NCBI GenBank assembly: GCA_014800795.1
Contig: JAAVFL010000035.1
Location: forward strand, 6,869 to 70,868
Reading direction: 5' to 3'
Source: Bacteroidales bacterium
Lineage (GTDB): Bacteria; Bacteroidota; Bacteroidia; Bacteroidales; Muribaculaceae
DNA length: 64,000 nt
Shown here in pieces: positions 29,601 to 39,230 of the stretch. The first letter of the stretch is position 1. Each line of letters opens with the position of its first letter. Position numbers and translations under genes: made by a program. The notes beneath the pieces are model-generated. The model made no database searches and was not told the DNA's origin. It saw nothing but the letters and a program-made list of their open reading frames with translations.

Positions 29601-29606
29601 TTTGAT

Positions 29607-30467
29607 ATGAACGATACTCCGATAAAGGTAGGAATTCAAGGTGTTGCCGGATGCTTCCACGATGCAGCCGCCGCCGAATATTTCGGCGACAGAGCTATCG
29701 AAGTAGTGGAATTCGATACATTCAACGATATGTTCGATGCCTTGCGCGCTGATGCGTCGCTCGTTGCTGTAGCTGCCATAGAAAATACTATCGCCGGAAG
29801 TCTGCTCAGTAATCATGAACTGCTGCGGCAGTCGGACGTGCGTATAATGGGTGAGCATAAAAAGCGTATATCGCATGTGCTCTGCGCTTTGCCGGGGCAG
29901 AGCATCGACGATATTGAAGAAGTTAATTCACATCCTATGGCGCTGATGCAGTGCGAGCAATGGCTCCGCAGCCATCCGCATATGAAGATGGTGGAGCATT
30001 TCGATACGGCCGGGAGCGCACGCGACATAGCGGCTGAGGGTCTCAAAGGTCACGCGGCCGTTTGCGGCGAATATGCCGCCCGGCTTTACGGCATGGAAAT
30101 TCTGGCGGAAGGTATCGAGACTAACAAGCATAATTTTACCCGTTTCCTTATTCTTGCAGATCCGCTGATGGCTCAGGAACTTGCTCCTGTAGAGAAAGAT
30201 GTGAACAAGGCATCGCTGATGTTCACGCTTCCTCATGCCGCCGGAGCCCTGTCGAAAGTGCTGGCTATTATGTCGTTTTACGACATGAATCTATCAAAGA
30301 TACAGTCTACCCCAATAATAGGACGTGAGTGGGAATACCGCTTCTATGTCGATCTGACGTTCGACAGTCTTCTGCGATATCATCAGGCGATAGACGCGGT
30401 GCGTCCGCTTATCAATGATTTTAAAATTCTCGGCGAATACCGTGCGTACGACCATGAGCAACATTAA
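29607..30467 (+). CDS. pheA: Prephenate dehydratase.
   Basis: PDT domain plus a C-terminal ACT domain and the NFTRFLIL (TRF) signature. I moved the start to ATG 29607 (MNDTPIKVGIQG...) rather than the upstream alternative start in the ORF track. Confidence 0.85.
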   Translation: MNDTPIKVGIQGVAGCFHDAAAAEYFGDRAIEVVEFDTFNDMFDALRADASLVAVAAIENTIAGSLLSNHELLRQSDVRIMGEHKKRISHVLCALPGQSIDDIEEVNSHPMALMQCEQWLRSHPHMKMVEHFDTAGSARDIAAEGLKGHAAVCGEYAARLYGMEILAEGIETNKHNFTRFLILADPLMAQELAPVEKDVNKASLMFTLPHAAGALSKVLAIMSFYDMNLSKIQSTPIIGREWEYRFYVDLTFDSLLRYHQAIDAVRPLINDFKILGEYRAYDHEQH

Positions 30468-31632
30468 GACCATCAGACCGGCCGACCGTCTCGGTTCGGT
30501 GAGCGAATATTATTTTTCGCGGAAACTAAAAGAGATTGCGGCTCTCAATGCCGCCGGAGCTGATATCATATCGCTCGGTATCGGCGGCCCCGACCTGCCC
30601 CCGCCCGCTGCTGCGGTAAGCGCGGCAGTGAAATGTCTGGAGCGTCCCGATACCCACGGTTATCAGATGACTGTAGGGCTACCGGGGCTCCGCCGGGCCT
30701 TTGCCTCATGGTATGAGCGTGTCTACGGAATCGCCGGACTTGATCCGGATACCGAAATTCTCCCGTTGATAGGTTCAAAGGAAGGTGTGCTCAACATTGC
30801 CCTGACTTTCCTGAACCCCGGCGACGGGGTGATGGTGCCGAATCCCGGATATCCGACGTATACCTCCGCTTCGCGGATAGCCCTGGCGGAAGTGTTTTCC
30901 TACGAACTCTCTCCCGAAAATGACTGGCAACCAGATTTTGAGGCTCTCGAGCGGATGCCTCTTGAGCGCATAAAACTTATGTGGGTTAATTATCCGCATA
31001 TGCCTACAGGCACACCCGCCCGGCGCGAAACATTCGAAAGGCTCGTTGATTTCGGTCGTCGTCACGGGATTGTGATCGTCAATGACAATCCCTATAGCAT
31101 GATCCTCAATCCCGAACCGATGAGTATTTTTTCCGTTGAGGGAGCCGGAGATATTGCGATCGAGATGAACTCGCTCAGCAAGTGTCTTAACATGGCAGGA
31201 TGGCGAGTTGGGGTGGCCGTGGCCAATGCCCGGTTCATCAAATGGATTCTGAGTATTAAAAGCAATATTGACTCCGGTCAGCCACGTGCGGTGATGGAGG
31301 GTGCTGTCGCGGCGCTCGCTCAGCCGGCGCAGTGGTATGCCGGTCTCAACGACCGCTATGCGGAGCGCCAGCGGATAGCTGCCGATATAATGCATGCTCT
31401 CGGATGTGAGTTCCGCGAGGGGCAGCAGGGACTGTTCCTCTGGGGACGTATTCCCGAAAGCGAAACGAATGCCGAAGCCTTCGCCGACAAAGTGCTGGCA
31501 GGAGCGAGAGTATTTATAACCCCAGGATTCATCTTCGGGAGCGCCGGCGACAGATATGTGCGCGTTTCGCTCTGTGCGCGTCCCGAAAAACTTAATGAAG
31601 CCCTTGAAAGAATCAAACGATGGAAAATCTGA
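30454..31632 (+). CDS. Class I/II PLP-dependent aminotransferase, probably aromatic or LL-DAP type.
   Basis: SLSKCLNMAGWRVG (PLP lysine) and NPGYPTY motifs. ATG 30454 overlaps the end of pheA, consistent with an operon. Confidence 0.8.
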   Translation: MSNIKTIRPADRLGSVSEYYFSRKLKEIAALNAAGADIISLGIGGPDLPPPAAAVSAAVKCLERPDTHGYQMTVGLPGLRRAFASWYERVYGIAGLDPDTEILPLIGSKEGVLNIALTFLNPGDGVMVPNPGYPTYTSASRIALAEVFSYELSPENDWQPDFEALERMPLERIKLMWVNYPHMPTGTPARRETFERLVDFGRRHGIVIVNDNPYSMILNPEPMSIFSVEGAGDIAIEMNSLSKCLNMAGWRVGVAVANARFIKWILSIKSNIDSGQPRAVMEGAVAALAQPAQWYAGLNDRYAERQRIAADIMHALGCEFREGQQGLFLWGRIPESETNAEAFADKVLAGARVFITPGFIFGSAGDRYVRVSLCARPEKLNEALERIKRWKI

Positions 31633-32702
31633 AACCACTATTCGATTTTGAGACAGGGGAGCGCCCGTTGGTGCTCGCCGGTCCTTGTAGCGCCGAGAGT
31701 GAGCAGCAGGTGATGGAAGCCGCTGTAGCTCTCGCTTCAGCAGGTATAAAAGTGTTCCGTGCCGGTGTATGGAAACCGCGCACAAAACCCGGCGGCTTTG
31801 AGGGCATAGGGTCTCCGGCACTCAAATGGCTGGCGAAAGTAAAGAAAGAAACGGGGATGCTCATAGCTACGGAGGTGGCTAACGAACGCCACACCCGTGA
31901 GGCCCTTGAGGAAGGAGTAGATGTACTCTGGATCGGAGCCCGTACTTCAGCTAATCCGTTTGCAGTACAGGAGATAGCCGATGTTCTGGCAGATCTTCCT
32001 CCTGAACGGCTCGACAGTCTGGCCGTGCTTGTCAAGAATCCGGTAAATCCCGATATAGAGCTGTGGATCGGGGCCATGCAGCGCATATACGGTGCAGGTG
32101 TGCGCCGCCTGGGAGCCATTCACCGCGGTTTCAGTTCTTATGGAAAACATCTATACCGCAATCTTCCGGAATGGCGTATACCTATTGAGTTGCATCGCCG
32201 TTTTCCCCAGCTTCCTATCATATGCGATCCGAGCCATATCGGTGGGCGCCGCGAGCTTATTGCTCCGCTTTCGCAGCAGTCGCTCGACATGAATTTCAAC
32301 GGACTTATCATCGAGAGCCACTGTCATCCGGATGAAGCTCTGAGCGATAAGGACCAGCAGATAACACCCGAGGCTCTCGCCTATATCCTCGAGACACTCG
32401 TGATACCTTCGCAAACCTCCACTACCGAAAGTCTGGGGTTGCTCAGAAATCAGATTGACCGTCTTGACGATGAGCTGCTTGAGCTGCTTGCGAAGCGCAT
32501 GCGTGTGTCGCGTGACATCGGGCGTTACAAAAAGGAGCATAATATGCCGGTTCTTCAGCCCGGACGCTACAACGCGCTTATGCAGCAGCGCGTCGACAAC
32601 GCAGTGAAACTCGAGCTTAACGAGGATTTCGTCAGAAATATTCTTGCTTCGATTCATGAGGAATCGGTGCGTCAGCAACTTGAATTAGTAAGTAAGTCAT
32701 GA
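31620..32702 (+). CDS. Bifunctional 3-deoxy-7-phosphoheptulonate (DAHP) synthase / chorismate mutase.
   Basis: The N-terminal roughly 260 aa are DAHP synthase I-beta-like. The C-terminal part, LRNQIDRLDDELLELLAKRMRVSRDIGRYK, is chorismate mutase type II. Confidence 0.8.
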   Translation: MENLKPLFDFETGERPLVLAGPCSAESEQQVMEAAVALASAGIKVFRAGVWKPRTKPGGFEGIGSPALKWLAKVKKETGMLIATEVANERHTREALEEGVDVLWIGARTSANPFAVQEIADVLADLPPERLDSLAVLVKNPVNPDIELWIGAMQRIYGAGVRRLGAIHRGFSSYGKHLYRNLPEWRIPIELHRRFPQLPIICDPSHIGGRRELIAPLSQQSLDMNFNGLIIESHCHPDEALSDKDQQITPEALAYILETLVIPSQTSTTESLGLLRNQIDRLDDELLELLAKRMRVSRDIGRYKKEHNMPVLQPGRYNALMQQRVDNAVKLELNEDFVRNILASIHEESVRQQLELVSKS

Positions 32703-33493
32703 AGATTCTTATACTCGGAGCTGGAAAAATGGGGTCGTTTTTCTGCGATCTGCTGTCGTTTGATCACAGAGTGGCCATCTACGACCGTTCTCCCGAGCGC
32801 CTGCGGTTCACATATAATGTAGAACGGCTGATGGACCTCGACGAGGTTGATGCGTTCGATCCCGATATGGTTCTCAATGCTGCAACAGTTAAATATACCA
32901 TCGATGCCTTCAGGCAGGTGCTTCCACATCTCCGTCCCGATACCATCCTAAGCGATATTGCATCGGTTAAAACGGGTTTGCCTGAATTTTATGCATCTGC
33001 CGGCCATCCGTTCGTGTCCACGCATCCTATGTTCGGCCCTACATTCGCTTCATTGTCGAATCTTGCCGACGAGAACGCCATTATAATAAGCGAAGGCAGC
33101 CGCGATGGTATTGAGTTTTTCGATCGTCTCTATTCACGGCTTGGGCTTCATATCGAGCATTACACCTTTTCGGAGCACGATCTCACTATCGCATACTCAT
33201 TGTCGATTCCTTTTGCAAGCACTCTCGTGTTCGGCTCGTGCATGAAGCCACAGTCGGCTCCGGGAACTACATTCAAGCGCCATCTTGCCATAGCCCGCGG
33301 GTTAATGAGCGAGGACAGTTACCTGCTTTCCGAAATACTTTTCAATCCGCATACAGTGGAGAAGCTCGATGAGATATGCGACACACTCGGTAAACTCCGT
33401 GAAATCGTGGCGCAACATGACACCGAGGCCATGGATGAGTTTCTGAATACGGTCCGGCAACGTATAAAACGTATAAAAGGAACGTGTGATTGA
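32699..33493 (+). CDS. tyrA: Prephenate dehydrogenase.
   Basis: MKILILGAGKMGSFF Rossmann motif, the HPMFGP motif and operon context. Confidence 0.8.
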   Translation: MKILILGAGKMGSFFCDLLSFDHRVAIYDRSPERLRFTYNVERLMDLDEVDAFDPDMVLNAATVKYTIDAFRQVLPHLRPDTILSDIASVKTGLPEFYASAGHPFVSTHPMFGPTFASLSNLADENAIIISEGSRDGIEFFDRLYSRLGLHIEHYTFSEHDLTIAYSLSIPFASTLVFGSCMKPQSAPGTTFKRHLAIARGLMSEDSYLLSEILFNPHTVEKLDEICDTLGKLREIVAQHDTEAMDEFLNTVRQRIKRIKGTCD

Positions 33494-33706
33494 GTGAAGA
33501 TTCCAACTCAAAAGTCTGACTGGGAGTGGGAGAACATAGCGGACTACTATGGATTCGTATGCGTGGGTGCCACCCTGAAAGGAACCGATTTCTCTCAAAA
33601 CGATGTATCTGTTCCTGCGGTTGGGGGCGTACGCGTTGCCAATCCTCAGGAAGGTGTCTACATCCGCCGTCAGGGCAGCAACGTTTCCAAAGAGTACATC
33701 CGATAA
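33494..33706 (+). CDS. Small hypothetical protein (70 aa, GTG start).
   Basis: Lies between the tyrA stop and the operon terminator. Codon usage looks host-like. I recognise no family. Confidence 0.3.
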   Translation: MKIPTQKSDWEWENIADYYGFVCVGATLKGTDFSQNDVSVPAVGGVRVANPQEGVYIRRQGSNVSKEYIR

Positions 33707-33726
33707 CAGTAATCCCTTTAAGCAAT

Positions 33727-33774
33727 AAAAAACCGGGCATCTTATGGCGCAAGCCTCTGATGCCCGGTTTTTTA
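33727..33774. terminator. Bidirectional rho-independent terminator between the convergent aromatic operon and the POT transporter gene.
   Basis: AAAACCGGGCATC (33729-33741) pairs with GATGCCCGGTTTT (33759-33771), flanked by an A-run and a T-run. Confidence 0.75.
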
Positions 33775-33796
33775 TTATTGTTGTATCGTAGAGCGG

Positions 33797-35320
33797 TTAT
33801 CGTGTCACACGTTCAAGCCAGCGGAGCATGGCGAACATCGCACCCATCGAAATCAGGCAGACAACCAGGAATACTGTCCATGCAATCCAGATCGGATATT
33901 TGTTGTAGATAAGCGGACCGATCCATAGCAGGAGATTGCCGAGGGCGGTGGCACCGAGCCAAAGGCCCTGACATAGACCCTGAAGGTGTTTGGGAGCAAC
34001 CTTTGATACAAACGACAGACCCAGAGGTGATATGAAAAGCTCTGCCACAGTCATGAAGAAATAGTAGAGAATCAGAACCCACCATCCGGCTTTCGCTACG
34101 GAAGCGCCTGAAGCTACCAGTTCGCGGAATTCACTGCCCGAGGGATAGCCCTGACTGAGCGAGAAGAGGGTAAGGAAGAGATAGGCGATACCTGCAAGTC
34201 CCATACCGTAGGCTATTTTCTTGGGTGTGGAGATCTCTTTTCCGCGTTTACCGAGCCAACCGAACAGCCACATGACAAGCGGGGTGAGTACAATGACGAA
34301 GAACGGATTCACAGCCTGCCATATCTCAGGAGCGATAGCTGATGTATCCACGAAATCGCGGGCGAACAGCGACATCGAAGTGCCGTTCTGGTGGAATGAG
34401 AACCAGAAAAAGATAGCGATGCCGAGAACTGCGAACAGGGCATACATGCGCTGGCGGATTTCGGTTGCCATCGCCTTGCGCTCTTCAGCAGTATAGCTTA
34501 CGCTCTCAGCCTTCTCTTTCTTGCCGGGAGTCGGAAGCCCCTTTTTGGTGGCGATGAAGATGATGAGCGATACTATCATCGCCGCTACAGATGCGAAGAA
34601 GCTGAAATGAATGCCGGTATTGAATACTTTAAGATATTCCGAGCAGAACTCGCGGATATTTTCGAGGTTCTGACATCCTACCGATGTTGCGAGGCTGTAG
34701 AGGTTATTGATGTTCTCATTGCTGAAGCTGTCGCTTACGCTGAGGAACTGATGGCACATGGCGGGGAAAGAAGCGTTATATACCATTCCGTTGAAGTCGA
34801 GCCACCAGCTGCGGAGCATTGGGGCTATGAAGGGTGCCACCAGACCCCCGATGTTGATAAAGACATAGAAAATCTGGAAACCGGAATCGCGCTGTGAAGC
34901 ATAGCGGGGATTGTCATAGAGCTGGCCTACTATGGCTTGAAGGTTCCCTTTGAACAGACCGTTGCCGAAGGCTATGAAGAAGAGTGCGCCGGCCGTCAGG
35001 GCAAGAAGCCATGAATGGTTCTCGGCAGTGTGGAACACTGGTATGGCAAGCACTATGTAGCCCAGAGTCATTATAATGAGACCCCATATGATGGTGCCCT
35101 TATAGTTCTGGGTTTTGTCGGCGATGAGACCGCCTACGAGGCTGAGTACGTATATGCCTGCGTAAAAGAATGAGTAGATCAGGGCACTTGTCTCTTCCGA
35201 CAGCCCGAATTTAGAGCATAGGAAAAGCACGAGCACGGCGTTCATGATGTAATAGCCGAAGCGCTCGCCCATGTTGGATAACGCGGCCGGAATGAGGCCT
35301 TTGGGTTGGTTTGCGAACAT
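33797..35320 (-). CDS. Proton-dependent oligopeptide transporter (POT/PTR2 family).
   Basis: GERFGYYIM (ExxERFxYY-like) motif and multiple TM helices. 507 aa. Confidence 0.85.
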   Translation of the reverse strand: MFANQPKGLIPAALSNMGERFGYYIMNAVLVLFLCSKFGLSEETSALIYSFFYAGIYVLSLVGGLIADKTQNYKGTIIWGLIIMTLGYIVLAIPVFHTAENHSWLLALTAGALFFIAFGNGLFKGNLQAIVGQLYDNPRYASQRDSGFQIFYVFINIGGLVAPFIAPMLRSWWLDFNGMVYNASFPAMCHQFLSVSDSFSNENINNLYSLATSVGCQNLENIREFCSEYLKVFNTGIHFSFFASVAAMIVSLIIFIATKKGLPTPGKKEKAESVSYTAEERKAMATEIRQRMYALFAVLGIAIFFWFSFHQNGTSMSLFARDFVDTSAIAPEIWQAVNPFFVIVLTPLVMWLFGWLGKRGKEISTPKKIAYGMGLAGIAYLFLTLFSLSQGYPSGSEFRELVASGASVAKAGWWVLILYYFFMTVAELFISPLGLSFVSKVAPKHLQGLCQGLWLGATALGNLLLWIGPLIYNKYPIWIAWTVFLVVCLISMGAMFAMLRWLERVTR

Positions 35321-35332
35321 GAGTGGGTTTAT

Positions 35333-35764
35333 TTAATTGGATTTAAGTTTTTCGTTGAATGCGAGGGCATACATTTTCATCTGTTTCACCATGGCCAGCA
35401 GGCCGTTGGAGCGGGTGGGGGAGAGGTGTTCAGACAGTCCGATGGCGGGGATGAAATAGAGATCTGCATCGAGAATCTCCTGCGGAGTGTGGCCGGAAAG
35501 CACTTCTATGAGCATGCTGATGATGCCCTTTACGATTATAGCGTCTGAGTCTGCGGTGAATTCCACTTTCCCTTCCTGATTGAGTTCGGCGTTCAGCCAT
35601 ACGCGGCTCTGGCAGCCTTCAATCAGGTGTTGCGGGGTTTTGTATTCTTCAGCGATCGGGGGTAGGGCATTTCCGAGGTCGATGATATAGGCATAGCGGT
35701 CCATCCAGTCGTCGAGGTCGGACATCTCGTCGATTATGCGGTCTTGGGTCTGGTTGATTGTCAT
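35333..35764 (-). CDS. sufE: SufE-family cysteine desulfuration protein.
   Basis: 143 aa. The ...IEGCQSRVWL... motif is characteristic of SufE/CsdE. Confidence 0.8.
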   Translation of the reverse strand: MTINQTQDRIIDEMSDLDDWMDRYAYIIDLGNALPPIAEEYKTPQHLIEGCQSRVWLNAELNQEGKVEFTADSDAIIVKGIISMLIEVLSGHTPQEILDADLYFIPAIGLSEHLSPTRSNGLLAMVKQMKMYALAFNEKLKSN

Positions 35765-35783
35765 TGCTGTTTATGTAAGTTTG

Positions 35784-36791
35784 TCAGTTAAGGATGGTAT
35801 TCACAACTGTCTGAGCCGCCGCACACAGTGATTTCCGGTCTATAGCGGATATATTATCGGCGGTGGTATGCCAGGTGGGGTTGAATGATCCGGTGTGTTC
35901 GTTGATGCTTTCGATAATGTCGATGCATGGTATTCCGGCGCGGTTTATGAACAGATGGTCGTCTACGATAGCGCCTCCGGAAGTGTTTATGAAAGTTTCG
36001 CCGAAGCCGGAGCGGCGCGCAATGTTCCATACTTTGTCAACTACCGGCGAGGCATGCCGGTCCGAGAAATATTCGCGGTGAAAGCGTGCGTCTGATCCAC
36101 CCACCATATCGAGCAGGATACCGAACATAGGGCGGTTTTCTGACGTGTAGGGTAATTGTTTCACCCATTCCTGAGTTCCCAGACACCACGTGGCTTCAGT
36201 ATCGCCGCCTCCGCTCTGGCCTGAATCTTCCATGTCGGTAAACAGAAGGTCCACGCCTATGCTGTCGTGAAGCGCCGGAGCAAGAACGCGAGCTGTTTCC
36301 ATCAGCACCGCCACTCCGCTTGCGCCGTCGTTAGCGCCATCGATCGGTGTATCGTGGAGTAACGCATCATCTTCGTTATCGGCCCACGGACGGGTATCGT
36401 AGTGTGCGATCAGCAATACACGGCTGTTGGCGGCGGGGTTGATCTGCGCGAAAATATTTTCTGCATTGAAGGTTTCGCCGCGGAATGTCCTTACGGGCAC
36501 CTTCTGTATGGAAACCGTATCGGTTCCGCATGCGGTCAGATAGTTTGTGATCATCTCCACACAGAGGCGGTGTGCCTGTGATCCGGGGGTACGCGGACCG
36601 AGTTCAACCTGTCGTTCCACATGCCTGAACAGGGAGTCTGCGTTTACAGCTATGGTATTCAGTTCCTGAACGGTAGATGATTGGGCTGACCGTGCTGCTG
36701 TATTGTTGCCGACGCATGCTGTCAACCATACGAATGCTGCGGTAGCCATCCATGCCGTTCTTGTCCGTTTATTTACGATTTTATGAAGCAT
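35784..36791 (-). CDS. M28-family peptidase / glutaminyl-cyclase-like lipoprotein.
   Basis: Lipoprotein-like N-terminus (…FVWLTAC), plus HYDTRPWAD and DGASGVAVL metal-ligand motifs. Confidence 0.7.
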   Translation of the reverse strand: MLHKIVNKRTRTAWMATAAFVWLTACVGNNTAARSAQSSTVQELNTIAVNADSLFRHVERQVELGPRTPGSQAHRLCVEMITNYLTACGTDTVSIQKVPVRTFRGETFNAENIFAQINPAANSRVLLIAHYDTRPWADNEDDALLHDTPIDGANDGASGVAVLMETARVLAPALHDSIGVDLLFTDMEDSGQSGGGDTEATWCLGTQEWVKQLPYTSENRPMFGILLDMVGGSDARFHREYFSDRHASPVVDKVWNIARRSGFGETFINTSGGAIVDDHLFINRAGIPCIDIIESINEHTGSFNPTWHTTADNISAIDRKSLCAAAQTVVNTILN

Positions 36792-36911
36792 AAATCATTG
36801 TCAGTTTCTGCAAAATTAACCCTTTCATGCCTCATTTGCAAATTTTTCCGCAGTTTAGCCGGTAATCTGCGCCCGGCTAAACTGCGGTTGGTTCAACAGG
36901 AGGTTGCACCC

Positions 36912-39230
36912 TTAGAACGGATAGCCGATAGCGAGGTGGAAGGCAAGCGACTTTCCGAACGATTCCATGTTGTAGTAGCCCCCGTGACCGGTATTGTAAG
37001 GCGCATGGATGCCGATACCGAGATCGGCGCGTACTACGAGCATGCTTATGTCGAGGCGCAGACCGGCGCCGGTACCCAAAGCTATGTCGCGGAGGAAGGT
37101 TCGGGCACGGAGTTCTCCTCCGGGGCGAAGGTCGTCCTTCTTGAGGAGCCAGACGTTTCCGGCGTCAAGGAACACTGCTCCGTGAAACGGTCCGATGATC
37201 GGAAATCTATATTCGGCGTTAGCTTCGAATTTGAATGTACCTGTCTGGTCGAAATAGCTGTTGCGCACATCTTCCGGAGGTCTGTAGCTGCCCGGACCGA
37301 GCGAACGCACGGTGAATGCACGGATGGAGTTGGCGCCTCCGACATAGAATTGCTCGGCATACGGCACCTGCTTCGAGTTGCCGTAGGCATGGGCGGCTCC
37401 GACTGCCAGGCGGCTCACTATCCAGTTTTCACCCCATAGACGGCGGTTGTATACAATCTGTGTGGTGCCTTTCACGAATTGTGAGAAGGGGGTTCCGAAC
37501 AGCTCTTTCTCTCCATGTTTTCCGCAAAGTTCATATATACTCCAGAAAAGGTTTCCGGCTTCCTGAATGGTAAACTGCCAGTTGATAGAGTTGTCCGAAT
37601 CGTAGGCGCGGTCATACATGTAGGTGTACTGGAACTGGGGAATATACTGGCTCTGGAAACTGAGAGCTATCGCGGGGTTGGCTCCGGTTATGGAATCGAA
37701 CGCCTGTGTAGTATGCAGAAGGTTGGTATATGTAAGTTTGAAGGGTGTGAGCGTATGCGACGAGTGGCGCGACGATTGCCAGTCGTAGCTTATGCCGAGA
37801 TTGAACTGCGCCATCTTGAAGTAGTGGGGGCGGTTCAGCAGATCGAAGTTAAGCGAGAATCGTGTCCAGTTCAGATTGCGGTTGCGTCGTTTTATGAAGT
37901 TGGGCGCGAGTAGTCGTGGAATGGCAAGTGATCCTGTGAGTCCGGCTTCGTATGAGTTGAACACCGATGATTTGCCGTGGCCGGTCTGCCATTCGTAGCT
38001 GCCGGTCAGAGTGACCGACAACTGCTCGCCTCCGCCGAAGATATTGCGGTTGGTGATACCAATCAGGGCTCCGGGGCCGATATAGGAATTGGATTTGGAC
38101 GATGCATTAAGCTCTATGGTAGCTTCAAGCGGAGTGTCGAACGTGCAGTTTATCACAACATTGAGTGTATCGCCCATGAAAGCGGAGTCGGGATGCACTT
38201 CGATGCCGATGTTATTGAATATCCCCAGACGTGCCAGGCGCGTCTGTGTGGCGTTCATATCGCGCACCGAGAATGTGCGTCCCTTTCGGAAAGTGACACA
38301 TTCGGGGAGGAGCTGTTTGCGCATGCGCGAGGGTTTCATCTGTATCAGCGTTCCGCGTGAGGTTTCGATGGTATCGGGTGTGCCGCCTCCCTGGTTCCGG
38401 AATGCGTACATGGTTACATCGCCTGTAACATAGCGGCGTGTCATGGGAGCCGGTATATTCGAAGCGAGCATCAGGCGCAGGTCTATTTTCATAGGTGTTT
38501 CCACCGAGTCTGCCAGATATTCGATGTATTCGGGGCGGAAGAAGTAATAGCCGCGGTTACGGAGAGTATTGGTTATACGTGTGCGGGCCGCTGACAGAGA
38601 GTCGGTGCAGTAGCGGTTGCCCCTGCGCAGGTATGGGTCTTGCAAGGCTAACGAGTCTATCAGGTGGTTGAGGTTACTGTTGTCCGGCAACAGAATGATG
38701 GAGTCGAGAGTATATGCCGGTCCGGTGTTGATGGTGTAGTTGATTTTCGCTTTTTTAGGATTTTTCTGTGTGAGGATTTCGTATGTAGCTGACCCACGGA
38801 AGTATCCGTTGTTGTCGAGAATCTCGTCGACCATTTTTGTACGTACGTTCGGACGAACGTCGCTTACGAGTACCGGTTCTGTCACCAGTTTTTCGTAAAT
38901 CCAGTGTTTGAATCCCTTGGGAGGATTGTCCCAGTTGTTGTACACCCATAGTCCGAGAGGAAACGGAATGCGGTATCTGGCCGATTTGAACAGGGCGTTG
39001 TTCGGGGGTACACTTACGGCTGCCGAAAGCTCGTCCTCAACCGACAGCGGGACTTTTTCCCCCTCTTCAGGTACTATATTGATGTTTTTAACACCAATAT
39101 ATAGCTGCTCTCCATCCGGAATCCGTTTGGTAGTAGAACATCCTGTCGCCATAAGACAAAGGAACAGAATCCCTGTCAGGTTCAGAAGGGTTTTACGGGC
39201 AGTTCTTATAGAGTCAGTGTTTCTGTTCAT
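36912..39230 (-). CDS. BamA/TamA-family outer-membrane protein (Omp85).
   Basis: 772 aa with a C-terminal beta-barrel ending in ...HLAIGYPF. It overlaps and follows tamB, forming an operon. Confidence 0.8.
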   Translation of the reverse strand: MNRNTDSIRTARKTLLNLTGILFLCLMATGCSTTKRIPDGEQLYIGVKNINIVPEEGEKVPLSVEDELSAAVSVPPNNALFKSARYRIPFPLGLWVYNNWDNPPKGFKHWIYEKLVTEPVLVSDVRPNVRTKMVDEILDNNGYFRGSATYEILTQKNPKKAKINYTINTGPAYTLDSIILLPDNSNLNHLIDSLALQDPYLRRGNRYCTDSLSAARTRITNTLRNRGYYFFRPEYIEYLADSVETPMKIDLRLMLASNIPAPMTRRYVTGDVTMYAFRNQGGGTPDTIETSRGTLIQMKPSRMRKQLLPECVTFRKGRTFSVRDMNATQTRLARLGIFNNIGIEVHPDSAFMGDTLNVVINCTFDTPLEATIELNASSKSNSYIGPGALIGITNRNIFGGGEQLSVTLTGSYEWQTGHGKSSVFNSYEAGLTGSLAIPRLLAPNFIKRRNRNLNWTRFSLNFDLLNRPHYFKMAQFNLGISYDWQSSRHSSHTLTPFKLTYTNLLHTTQAFDSITGANPAIALSFQSQYIPQFQYTYMYDRAYDSDNSINWQFTIQEAGNLFWSIYELCGKHGEKELFGTPFSQFVKGTTQIVYNRRLWGENWIVSRLAVGAAHAYGNSKQVPYAEQFYVGGANSIRAFTVRSLGPGSYRPPEDVRNSYFDQTGTFKFEANAEYRFPIIGPFHGAVFLDAGNVWLLKKDDLRPGGELRARTFLRDIALGTGAGLRLDISMLVVRADLGIGIHAPYNTGHGGYYNMESFGKSLAFHLAIGYPF

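Noticed and set aside
30775-31821. 348-aa minus-strand ORF antisense to the aminotransferase gene. The same applies to similar long antisense or alternate-frame ORFs in GC-rich host genes (for example 26264-26971, 36783-37439, 38908-39702, 40556-41065, 41615-42301, 58034-58667).
   Set aside because: They overlap confidently assigned genes completely. Their Arg/Pro/Ser/Gly-rich composition is typical of spurious frames in GC-rich DNA, and they show no motifs.
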